Below, piece after piece: positions 13,816 through 26,850 of a stretch of DNA of 64,000 bases. How positions within the stretch are numbered: position 1 is the stretch's first letter; each line of letters starts with the position of its first letter. Under the pieces are notes generated by a model that did not search any database, was not told the origin of the DNA, and saw nothing but the letters and a program-made list of their open reading frames with translations. The position numbers and the translations under genes were made by a program. This DNA is from Cycas panzhihuaensis (taxonomy: Eukaryota; Plantae; Cycadophyta): assembly GCA_023213395.1 (NCBI GenBank), contig CM041465.1:211241741-211305740 (forward strand), written 5' to 3'.

Positions 13816-14970
13816 AGAACACGAGATGAAAGACTTGGAACTTATGTATTACTTCTTAGGCATTGAAGTATGGTGGGATGAAAAGGATTTATCTCCTTAA
13901 GGAAATATACATTGGATATGTTACACAAGTTCAACATGACTAGTTATAAGACACTTATAACACCAATAGAGGTTGGGTTAAAATCATCTAAGTTTAAGGA
14001 ATCAAAATTAGTTAACCCTAGAATTTATAGGCAATTGATTAGGAGCCTAGTTTACTTGACTATACATTGTATATATAGTTAGTGTGGTTTCTAGATTTAT
14101 GCATGAGCCTAAGGTAAAACATTGATAAGTAGTGAAAATAATTCTCAAGTATCTCATAAGTAGTATTAGATATGGATTACATTATAAGTAATTAGGGGAC
14201 TATAGGTTGATTAACTATATATACCTAGACTAGGAAGGCTATGTAGATGATAGAAAATCTACCTTAGGTTATACATTAAGTTTAGGTTCAACAACAATAG
14301 CATGGAGTTCAAAGAAGTAGGTAACAATGTCTCTTTCTACTATAGAAGTAAAGTATAAAAGCGGTTGTAATAGAAGCATACAAAATAATTTGGCTTAAAA
14401 GGTTGCTTTAGGAAATACATAAAGAATAGGTTGGTTCCACTTAGTTACTTTATGATATTTAAAGCACCATTCAGATGATCAAGAATCTAGTGCTTTATGG
14501 CACGATAAAACACATTGAAATACAATATCACTTTATTAGAGAGTTGGTATAATAAGATGAATTAGATTTGATTTATTAAAGCACTAAAGAATAGGTGATA
14601 GACATATTCACAAAGACACTTAGTAAAATAAAATTTATCAAATTCGAGATAAACTTGGAGTCTCCCAAATAGGCATTAGGAGGAGAAATATTAGAATAAT
14701 ATCTATATTGGGACTCGTATATTCCTTGAGGAGATTACCTACATTTAGATGATAACTTAGATTGGCAAAGATATTATGGCAATAGCATGTCATGCATTTA
14801 TCAATGTAAGTTAGTAGTAGACTTTTCGGTGGTGTGCCAAATCCCTCTCGATCTGCTTATTTATTCATGGGGTTCAATGACCTTGCTATTTATCAACACC
14901 ATCATCCTCACGAATTGATGGTTCTCTCTTTCCTACATTATCATTCTACTCCCTTTGTCCCTTAATTCCA
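13816..14970 (+). mobile_element. Ty1/copia remnant: RT C-terminus, RNase H, PPT and probable 3' LTR
   Basis: EMKDLELMYYFLGIEV at 13822, WSSKK at ~14303 and KHIEIQYHFIRE at ~14508. The polypurine tract AGGAGGAGAAA at ~14678-14688 is followed by LTR-like sequence. Many stop codons. Confidence 0.85.
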
Positions 14971-14984
14971 TCACAATAAGGAAT

Positions 14985-16215
14985 GTAAGATTTTATAAAA
15001 CTTATCATTAAATAATACAATCATTCTTTTAAAATGTATGAAAAATAAAACACAAAAATTTGTTAGTGAATATGAAGTATATGAAAATATTCTTCCACCA
15101 AGACTATTAAAACTATTACCAAATCCACATACAAAATGGGAAAGTATAAGTATGGATTTCATTAGAGGATTACCAAGATCAAATGATAAAAAGTGTATTT
15201 ATGTAATACTTGATTGATTGACTAAATATCCTAATTTTATGGCTATCTGAGTGATTTTAAAACTCATCAAGTTGCATCGGTATTTATGAAAAAAAGTTAT
15301 AGACTCCACAGTTACCAAAAATTATTATTAATGATAGGGATCCAAAATTCTAAAGTAATTTTTAGCAATAATTATTTAAACAACTAGGCACTACTTAAAT
15401 ATGAGTACTAGTTACCATCCTCAAATAGATGGTCAAACCAAAATCATTAATAAATGCCTAAAAGTTTATCTTCAAAGATTTATAGTAGGCAAACCAAGCA
15501 ATTAGGTTAAATAGTTACATTTGGATAAAGGATGACATAACTCCACTTATCACATGTCCATTAAAATAACTCTTTTTGAGCCCTATATAGTTATGAACCT
15601 CGTTACTAAAGGTTTGGAAAAGTACAAAGTCACGCATTCTAGAAGTTGATGATTATTTGTAAGAATAAAAAATATAATTTCATTATTACAAGAACATATT
15701 TCTAATACCTAAAACAAGATAAAATAATAAGCTAATTTACATCATATTGAGCAAGATTTTTAGAAGTTGATTGGATTTATTTACACTTACAATTGTACAA
15801 GCAAACATCCTTGAAAAAATCAAAGAAAGAAAAAATAAACCCATGATTTTATGTTCTATATCACATAAAGAAGAGAGTGAGAAAAGTCACTTATGCCCTT
15901 GATTTACACTAACTCTTATATTCATAACGTTGTTCATGTTTCTTGCTTAAAATAAAGATTAGAAATAGGAATACCGTCTGATTGAACTTCTAATATTAGC
16001 AGAAAAGGTACACTTCTCGATTCCTAAATCCATCCTCGAAATATGAAATTATTAATTGCGTCTAGAACCATTCAAGAATATATTATCAAATGGTATCAAC
16101 TTCTAACAAAGGATGCTTCGTAAGAACCTATATCTATTTTTATAAATATCCCCATTTATGAGATCAAGTTTCTAATGCTTTGAGGCCAAATCATTCTTAA
16201 GTGGATAGAGATTAT
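14985..16215 (+). mobile_element. Degenerate chromovirus (Ty3/gypsy) integrase plus chromodomain
   Basis: WESISMDFIRGLPRS (~15137), YHPQIDGQTKIINKCL (~15413) and the chromodomain EYIIKW...DAS (16076-16120). The 3' end TGCTTTGAGGCCAAATCATTCTT resembles the end of the element at 54976-60521. Confidence 0.8.
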
Positions 16216-19199
16216 AATGAACCTAATTAATAAAATTAAACATTAAAGAATATTAATGACGGATGACATATATTAATGATGAGTTATTACCCTTCATACA
16301 AATAATATAAATATGGATCATATTATAATATTTCATCATCAGTTAAATAATATATTGTTAAATATTTTTGGGGACCTTGACCAAACTAACTTCATGTTTA
16401 TGAGAGTGATTATCTAGGTTACCACAACTTCTTAGCACTAGCATTACAAAATAGTCTTAATTACAATTATGTCATATGATCTCCATTGTAGTGACATATC
16501 AAGATTATTATAGCTACATTTTTAGGTGCCATTATCCTTTATATTTTTACAACTTGGTGTTTAGAGATGCCCTAAATAAATGTTTTAAATATCACCCATA
16601 GTTCAACCACTAATGATATAATTCCAAGACTTACTACTCCTCTACTTTGTTAAAGCTTTTATTACTATTCTATAGATATGACATCCCATAGGTTGGCTAA
16701 TCACGGTTGTATTCTTTAAAATAAATAGCCTAAGCACTATTGAATCCCATTGAATGTCACATGATGATCATAGCTAACTTGCCCATGAAAGTAAGTATGG
16801 GACTAGAAGAAGTGCATCATCCAAAAGTAAGTTTAATGATGACTAGTCGCCATGGCCCTCATTGAAACCTTCATATGGAATGACATCCTCACTAAAACAA
16901 TAAGCCATAAAATAAGAAAAATAATAAAAATGGAAAATGTATACATAACTATAAAAAGGAAAAAATAAAAAATAAATATATATATATATATATATTTGTA
17001 TATATCTATAAATGTTAACTTTAGTACTTTTTAGGTACTTGGGGAAAGTTGCATGTCAACTTTGTCCCACCTATAATACACAATTAAGGTTTTATGATGT
17101 GAATTATTTAGGACCTACAAAACTAGTTATTTGGGTCTATCATGGGCTTATTTAAGATCAAAACTTATTAATCATTGGGAGGTCAAAATAAACAACTTTG
17201 TAAAGTATAGTTAAAATGATAAAATCTACCAATGAGGCCAAGTTACTAAAAGAATCAATATTCAAAGCTAGGCCCATAATATTGAAAATTCTACTAATTG
17301 ATTTTTGTACCATTTTCAAATTTGTCAAACCATCATAGAGTAACTATTATATTTTCCATGTCATTAATCATTCATATTGATAAGGGAAGTTGAGGAAACC
17401 CTAGACCCTTTGTTATTAGCTAGATATTTATGACCAAATAGACTATGTATTAATAAGTGTTAGAATTTTTATCCTAATAATTACCAATAATATAGTTGAA
17501 TATATTATAATAATTTAGGACTTAACTAATGCACTACAAATTTAATTAGAAATTATCTTACTATTTCCTAACTCTTGGTTAGTTATTTACTAGTTTACAT
17601 AGGTTTGCCATGTTTATTAATCTTAGTTTAATACCTTTACAAATATAACTAGGTCCTATTGGCCAAATTTTCTTTTGTTTTAATTCAACACATCCCTACA
17701 AATAAACAAGCTGAAGCCAACTAGCTAGTCATACACATTCCCAAGCATCACCTATGGTAAAATTTCTCTATTTTTAAGGCTTTTGTGCCTATAACAAAGT
17801 CTAGGCTTTCAAGTTAGTCTCCATCTCATGCAACGTTACTTTGAGACATAGCCACTAACAAAGATAATGTTATAAACCTCCTTAAATCTAATTATTTAAT
17901 CATTAAGTGAATAGGTTCCTTTGAATAGTTACAACCATTTATGAAAGGGCCCTATTATATACATATAAATATACCCTCTACTATAACATTAGACATTACT
18001 TGTTTTATTAATCAACTTATTGGTCTATTTTGACTATTCAATATTTCAAGTATACTTGTGTAATATTGGTTGTCCTCTCAAGTTATAGAGAAGGTCTATA
18101 ACAAGTGGTATTAGAACAATATCATAATATATTTAAAATAAATTAACCTCCCCATTGAGGAATTTGTTTAAAGAAATTTAGGGTGCTTTTCAAACACTCT
18201 ACATTCATTCGTAGCTCCTTTAAACCAAATCATCATCTTTCAACCACTTCCTTCTACTTTGTAAGATTAACTCATCAAAATAAATAAATAATAATCTCGC
18301 TAACTATGACACTCCATAATCATTTAACTTAGCAACCATTCAATGTACCCTTTTCATTGTAATACCTCCCACATAAGACTTGATTGTTTTGTATTATCAT
18401 TTTTTGTGCTTTCTCCATCATTATCTATTCTTCTACCTCTCATTATCTATTTTCTTGTATTAGCTATAATATTAATGTCAATGAATATACCATAAATACG
18501 TGTGATAATATTTCTCTATGTAGAATATAAATTAAGTTGTAATTAAATTAAATTATTAATCATAGATGCTTTACCATTGCCTTGTTGTATTTATATTACA
18601 TTGGTGTGGTGTATATACTACTTAGTTCCACAAAACATCTTAGGGAAATTTACCAAAAAATGCATACATTACTACAACCTACCATGTTTATTATTACATT
18701 AATTACATAAGGTCAATTATTATCCACCTTTACATAATTATTTAATGCATCATTATATAAACCGTCATCTCCATCATTTGGTCTTTAGCTTTGGTTATTT
18801 AGGAATCGTCTAGTTAGAGTACCTTTGAATAACTTTATGTTTCCTATGTTTTTATTGAATATTAGAAAATAAGTCAATCTATAAGAACCCTACAACCAAC
18901 TTTGTCAAGCATTAAGGAGGAGTCTCTACTTGGTTATGTTGTATAGTTAAAGATGATTTCAAAGAGGCTAGAATATGTGAACAAAACCTAGTAAAAGAAT
19001 ATGTTAGCCTATATAATGAAGTATAGGAGATCTAAGTTTAGAGTTATACTAACAATGTTCTTTATTTTGTTTTCTTGTTTATTGCTATCCCTTTCCTTTA
19101 TACTTTTCAATGTTTTAGGTTTATTCAACTATAGGAAAGATCAAAGTAATCAAATCCAAGATCATACACTTGTAAAAATAATCAAGATACTAATGGATC

Positions 19200-21425
19200 G
19201 AAGGTAGATTACTCTTCAAACTTAATAAAAAGGAAGGAATGACATCAACTTTTATTTTTTATTTTATTTTTTTTTAAGAAAAGGAATCTTGCCTAAAACA
19301 AAGATAAAACTACCTTCATGAACTTTAAACAAACTTGTACTTCAAATGAAAAGTAATACTTACAAAAAAAGCCACTCATAAATACCTAGAGAATGAAGCA
19401 TGAGATGGTATGAGGTTCCTTTTAAGTTCTTTCCACTTGAATGTATAACACTTTATGAATTCTTATAACTTTTAATAGAAAAACTTCAAATAAAGGGAGT
19501 AAACTAAAAACTATAACATGCAAGATAAATTCTTAACATGCGAGGTCAAAACTCATCAAAGTATCTTATAAGAGATGCCATACATGATGTAAATCCAATA
19601 AATAATCATGAATATAATACATGTAATTGATTTGAGAAACTAGGTTAAGAGCAAAGAAAGATTTCATGATAGTTTTAACAAAATGTAACCATAAAAAATT
19701 ATGAATTCAATGTATCTCCTAAGAAAGCAAAATATAAATACTATCATAGAAAGTTTATTCCTTTTACTTCTTTTTACCAAACATCTTGGAAGTACACCTT
19801 TGGGGGGCCACTAAGGATGAGGATATCTAATCCATCACCTTAACTATAAAAAGGGCTTTGGGGTCTTTAAGAAGGGATAGGTCAACCGCAAAGGTCATCC
19901 ATGCATCAGAATGTAGGTTTACAGACCCGTAAATAGCACACAAGACCTTTCTTTTTTATAGGCACCTTCTAGGATCTAGGTTGGTCAAGGACATCCTCAA
20001 TTTACTGAGTAGCCTAGGAGAGGACTCTCCTATCCTAATGGTAAAAGGAAGCAGAGAAAAGGAACTCTTCCAAGGAAGAGGTGAAGGAGAAAGGATAGGC
20101 CCTAATGAGGTAGGAACTTATGGAATAAATAAAGGAAGCGACTGGTTGAGAGGTGAAAAGGGGATTTGGTATATGTGGGCATCAAACCCAAAAGGTGAGG
20201 CTATTAGAAATTTGTATTTGACGTAACCTAAAGGGTATACCTTTAGGGTTTGAGCTAAGTGTGAGGGTTGCCCAACAATATTAAGAGTTTAAATGGCATC
20301 TTTTGTCTCAGTTATGGGATGAAATGGCGTAAAGATCCAAAATATTGATCCTAAATGAATGTAAACCAATAAGAACACTCTCTCTATCCTATCTTAACTC
20401 TCTTTTCCTTTATTCAAAGTAGATTGATCTAAAGGAAAATAGAGGGTGTAAGGAAGAGAAAGAAGACAAGTGATCCATGCAATCTTTCCTAGAGATGCAA
20501 GAAAGAAGAGTAATGTTCCTAACCAAATCACACTTTCCTACTCTACCCCTATACTTGTGCATGCATGCGAGAATGCAAAGGGGTGTACTAAGGAGAAGGG
20601 GTCCTTTGGTTTCTTTCCTAAGAAGAAGGAAGGAATATACTTATTCAAATTATCTTCTTATGTTCATGCAAACTGAGAAAGAAGAGTAAGATCTTTGTGC
20701 GTTTGTACAGGATGAAGATGTAAGTATGAGTATAATCCTTTTACGTTTCCTTTTCATGAATGCTAATATACATGGGGATAATCATGACTTTCATGTAAAC
20801 ATGAGCAAGTTTCTTTTAGGGAAGAAGGAGAGAAACCAAGGAAGGAAGAGGAGAGAAGAGTGGAGGAGTGCACCTAAGAGAAAAGCGGTTGGTGAAGCAC
20901 CACTCTCTTCTTTTGCATTACCTTCACCCATTGCATCGTGCTCCGGTCATGGTGGATGTTGTGGATGAAGCTATGAGTGGGGCTCCCTTACCTTCCCCAA
21001 GTATATTATGAAAAGACAAGAAACTTAAAAGGAAGATTCAAAGGAACATAAATGCAAAAAGATGAGCATGCCTCTTGGATACCACACAACCACCTTACTT
21101 GAGAAGAGTTGTATTTCCCGTATGAACAAAACCCTTCAACAACAAACAGGCACATAAGTATATGTGCCTTATCAAAGTGGAGTTAAAGTTTGCTTAATAT
21201 CTTGAAAGAAAATAATAAGATGATGCACAACTTTCCCTATGTACAATGACATTTCATAGAACTTCTTGGGAAAAGAGCGGGGTTTGAGAGTGAAGAAGAG
21301 AGTAGCCTCAAAATGGCTAGCTCCCTTAAGTGGACCACCTCCTATGTGCTCAGATACTGCATGAGCGAGTTAGACAAAGATAAAAAACTTAGAGTAATTA
21401 AAAACTAAAATAACTTACAAGAAGT
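19200..21425 (-). mobile_element. Tat-like copy B: partial LTR plus adjacent 5' UTR
   Basis: GTGGGGCTCCCTTACCTTCCCC at 20977 is identical to the motif at 44290. The PBS-region motif GGAAGTACACCT (19788) resembles GGAATCACACCT (10699). Confidence 0.6.
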
Positions 21426-22592
21426 ACCAAATATTACAAAAGTTGTGAAAGTCATAAATGCCACCATTATACACCAACCTTCTAAGGCATCCCATGTTAT
21501 ATTATTGCCATGGCCATTTTCCCACTAGAACCCTACCCTCATTGGGGCTATAACTCCACATTCCTCATTAACACAAATTTATTCTAATGGCAATAAAGTA
21601 TTTTACCAAATAGGTTGAGGCTATCTCTTTATCCTCCATGATGGGCAAAACAATCACTACTTTTATCTTTCAACACATTATTTGTCACTTCAAAGTCCAC
21701 GACATCCTCATTACGAGATAATAGAACCTCTTTTTATAATAAAGAGATGGATGAGCTTTGTGAGAAATTTAAAATTTCTCACAAAACTTCATCTCGCTAT
21801 TATCCTCAAGCCAATGACAAGACCAAGACCTTGATCAATATTCAAGAAGACCATTGCCCAATCCTAATAGGATTGTCACGTAACTTCACCTAGCCTTGTG
21901 GGCCTCTTGTACATCCAACGAGACATCCACAAGTATGATTCGGTCTCCCTAGTTTATGGATCGAAGTGGTGGTACTCCTTAAAGTTAAAATCCCTTCTTT
22001 AAGGGTTTCACTAAAAGATTTTATAGACAAAGAGCAGCAATGTCAAGCTCAAATGCGCTTGACTTTAAGGCACTAGATGAAAATGCCTCGTCGCATATCA
22101 AGCTAGCCTTGTGTCTAAGTCTAAAGCCTAAAATAAGCCTATATTGGGTACCATGACCATATAATCTAAAACCATAAGGGGGCATGGCATTGAAGTATTC
22201 TCATTCCCTTCCCTTACTCCAAAATGAGCCTAAATTATCCTCATCTTAAAGGTTGTCACCTCTTCAGAAGGTGCCTCACTAAGGTCCATCTCCTACCATT
22301 CTTGGAGGGTGACAAAATCAACCCCATAATAGGGCCATAGGAGTCCTCCATGAGTATAAACTAGTAGACAAATGTATGATGTCATTTCATGTGGATAGTG
22401 TGTATGTGTGAGTTATGATGTTATATATATATGTGTGAGCTATGATGCCATGAATAAGAATAAATGTTAGGTTAAACATGCATAAAAATAAGCACATATA
22501 CACGTAAGAATGATGAAACATATAAGATATATCTACAAAACAAGTACACAAGGGATACAAAAGTATGGTGGGGTAACAATTGGGCCTCACAA

Positions 22593-22593
<1 letters not shown>

Positions 22594-22673
<80 letters not shown>
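22594..22673. repeat. Compound (TA)n(GA)n microsatellite
   Basis: A perfect TA run at 22594-22630 is followed directly by an AG run to 22673. Confidence 0.97.
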
Positions 22674-22675
<2 letters not shown>

Positions 22676-25600
22676 CATGTATACACAAAAATGAAGTACA
22701 ATATGGATAAGAAAGCTTTCCTCTACAAAATACAAAATGTAATCATCCTCCCATGCCCTCAAGGGTATCATCCCACAGTTATGGTCTCCTCTACTCTGGG
22801 GCCTCTAAGTACCCCCTAACCTCCTCCTTGGCTCTTTGTGGCCTCAACCTCACTCCCCCCATCCTGTAGATGATCCTCCTCCCTTTAGTGCTACTACATC
22901 ATCATTATAGTATGAGTCCCAAAGGAGAATGCTACCATTTACTCCACCATTGACCATACCTCTCCTAAATGTAGTTCCTTTCTACCTAAACATCTTGAAG
23001 TCATATCTTAAGTATGGTGATTTGTACCTCCATGCTAGTATCCATCTATATATGTGTTATTATAACCAAAGGCACTATCTCTACCCCCTTATGCCTCCAA
23101 CTCCCTCACCAGGCCTGCAATTGGTCCCTCTGCCTAGAGTTAGGCCCACTTGGCCTAAATCTATCCCTAGTCCAAACATAACTTATGGAACTCTATAGCC
23201 CACATCTCCCTAGCCTTCAATAAGGGGAAATATTGTTATATGGGGATGTGTCGATGTTGGATCCCTATTATCTACTATGGGAGGTGGCCCTCTGTATGCA
23301 CTATGGGAAAAAGCTCGCTAACAACCTTTGTGATGAGCTCTGTTGTGATACCCTCTCTTGCTAGTTAATAAGCTCTTATGTCATGAACAAATCATACAAA
23401 ATTAACATAGAATTAAATAATAATAAAAATAACTACAAAGGGATAAAATCAAATAAAAGAAGGTAATGCCTCTCGAGGAGCCTTCTCTAGTGTTGATACT
23501 ACCTCCTAGCCTCCTCCCTGATTAACTTCCAAACTGACATCATGTGCCCCCTTATTGTCATAAGTATCTACCTCCTCCTCATCCCCTCTAGCGGCCTTGT
23601 CTCCCTCTCCCTCCTCCTCTCTAGCCTCTATTGCATCCCTTATCTCACCTCTGTCTCCCTCCTTAATATTAACCCAGTGAACATCCTAGTAAGGATGCCT
23701 CACATAGTCATTAAGGATCGAGAGATCTAAGGAGTTATATCACTAACTAGTGGTCCTACTCTAACTCTCCTAAGCTATAAAATTATGATGGTCACCTATG
23801 AATTAGTGGCCCACTCATCACTACTAGGTGCAGCCTTACCACAGGTCCCATTCTATGAAAGTGATAGAAGAACCAACACTACATAATGAAGTAATAAGAG
23901 AACCCATCATGCTCAGTTACTCAAATTTGATCTAACTGGGTTTATATATTAGCCACTATAAGGGCAGCCTAGTCTAGCCTCTCCCCGACCTTGCATCACT
24001 AAAAAGTAGCCATCCAACCTTTGGGAATATTATGATAGTTTTATTAATAGGAAATTTGGAATAGAATTGTAAATATGTTGAGCTTCCACATCTAAGGAAT
24101 GGTTGCAATTATGATCTTCCTCATAAATCCTCCTCACCTATCCTAGTGCCCCCTGATATAGAAATATCTCATAGCTTCCTGATGGGTATCCTTAGTATTG
24201 GGCAAATCCCTTAGCTTAGGAGGTGCTCCTCCTACTAGTAGCCCTAGGATCCTCCTGGTGTTACTAGTAGTAATAGTCGGGGTCCCCATATTAGGAAGAT
24301 GGAAAACCTACCTTCTCTTATCCCAATGGAATATAATATCCACTAATAGAGCCTGATCAAATGTATACTAGTACATCATCACTACCCTTAATAATCCACA
24401 TCTCTATACTGCTCTCAATCTTGTGCTATCATCAGATCTGTTATGCCCAACATGGGCATCCCAATATTTTTTCGATTATCACTCGTGATAACAACCTATA
24501 AACACATATAAATAATGACTAAGGCCTAACTATTAATGACTAACAACTCTAAAATTAATAATAAAAATAAATATGATAAATCTTTTAAAAGTAAAATTAA
24601 AAAAAAAAATTAAATAATTATATTTGTACTATAAAAATATTTATAGTACCACAAATATATCTATGGTATCACAAACACATCTATGGTACTATAGAAATTT
24701 GCTGAGAGCATTTGTGATACTGCTATAATATTTGTGGTACCATAAAGTTTCTTATGGTATGTAGCAAACCAACCCTACACTATAAAAAATAAATAAATAA
24801 GTTACTTTTTAGGTCTAATAATAGGCCGATCAGGACTAGGGCACCAAGGTACCTTGGTCTAACCCAAAATAGGGCTCCAAACAAGTCTTGTTTGGCCTCA
24901 TTTTTCTTACATGGGCATAACCCATATATAAAAAACACATATTGATAAAATGCAAAAGAATACAAATAATAAACCAGATCCACTCACTAGATCTGGGTGC
25001 ACTATAGCCATGGCATCAATGTGATCCTAATGGATCCCTCCACTCAGTGATCCAATGATCAAATCTCTCGTAGCAAGATCGTAAAGGTGAAGGAAAATGT
25101 GGGGGCAGGGAGAGTTTCCTAAAAAATCCTACGAGAAATAGTGAAAATGAATTTTAAATTCTTAACCAATTTGAATATATAGAGGGCCCATCCCGCTCAT
25201 TTGGGTGTTATTTCACCACCTCCTCATTTCCTTGTAGCCCCATCACTGACACAACCATCCTAGACACCCTTGTCATAGCCATTTAGGCTAATGGCCCTTA
25301 TCACACACAACTCCATATTTTGTCACCATTAGATACATATCATTAATGGCCATTTTTACCCTTGAGATACCTACCTCAACTCCTATTATTGTTTATAGCC
25401 CACGGATTTGGATTTTCACCTTGAGTGTCATTTTAGCACCCATTCTAACCCTTCACATGCCATATACTATTTGAACCCCCATTTTTTACTATCTTTATTA
25501 TATTTTCTATTCATTTCCTATGCCTTATCTACAACTTTAGCTTAGCTTTACGTAGTTGTTTGTCTCCTTTGACCTTATTATCGACTCTCTAATTCTTTGT

Positions 25601-26449
25601 GCTACCCCTCATTTACCTTGTTGAGCGTTTAAGTGCCTTTAGCTCCTCCTCCATTAGCACATAGTCTATTGTGTCAGATGATATTTTACTATTCATCTAT
25701 CATTTCTCCCCCTAGTTTCACTTGGACTTTAGTTGGTCATATGTACAACTTCAACAAGGAAACCCACAATGATTCCTACATGCTCTCTATCATTAGAATA
25801 TGCCTTAGTTCTTCATGACCACTGGCCAGAGGACCCTGCTCTATATATACTACACATCTGACACTCAAGACTATCATATGGTTTGCCCTTTATGTCTTGT
25901 AATTTGACCTCCTTGTTAGAGGCTAATTGTGTGGTGTTCACTGTTAAAGTATTACTACTATGGTAACTCCTTTAGCTCCCCATGGTCTAATCCACCTTTA
26001 TATCTACCTTACACTACCTAAGTAATTACTTATATATATGCCCTCTTAAAGCTACAAATATATCTATGTGTGTGTGTGTGTGTGTGTAAAATAGAGTATA
26101 TTTTAAGGGAGCATATCTACTACCACCTTCTTAGCATCTGGGGCAGGTCACATGACAACCTCATCCCCACCTACAATTTGTAGTTCAAATCTACATGAGT
26201 GGGATATTTGGGACCTTTAGATTTAGTTGTTTGGACCCACCATGGTATTGATTGTGATCGAAATCCACTTAGCACAATTATTGCTTTGGGTTGATTTTAG
26301 AGGAATTTATAATTATGGCATAGGGTCATTCTCAACTACTAAGAGTTTTTGTTACTTTAATCAAATTTACATGCTCGCTTAAGTTCCCTTTTGTTGATTA
26401 TCAATTCTTACAATCTCCCTTCTTTAAGTGACCTCATCCTAAGTTGTCA

Positions 26450-26850
26450 TTACACTCTCTCATGGCATTGATCATCCATACTAATGGGGGTAGTCATGGG
26501 AATCTAGGGCCTTCTACTATAGCCTAAATCATTCAAGATCACCTTGGGAATGCCTTGGTTCAATCTATGGTTTACCTACTAGAAGCACCAATAACAAAGT
26601 TGAGTACACTATTGTCATAGAGGCTTTGATAGATGTACTCTACTTCTACCATGTCCCCATCATTTTACATTATGACTCTTAAATGGTCATATCCCAACTC
26701 ACCTAAGTTTACTGGATCCTTTGCCTACAATTGAGGTCTTTAGCCATGTCTGTTAGATCCCTCCTGGCCTAGTTCTCTTCTATCAAAATCCATCATATTC
26801 CCCTTGGACTTAGCATTGAAGCTAATGGTTTAGTGGGCTTTATCCTTGAG
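26450..26850 (+). pseudogene. Additional (archaeal-type) RNase HI domain of Tat copy C
   Basis: Degenerate motifs occur in RNase HI order: IHTNG (for xxTDG), SHGN, STNNKVEYTIVIEAL and YDSxMVISQL. Confidence 0.7.

Noticed and set aside
22387-22819. Three overlapping ORFs with SLSL/YIYI/RERE runs
   Set aside because: They are artefacts of the microsatellite.
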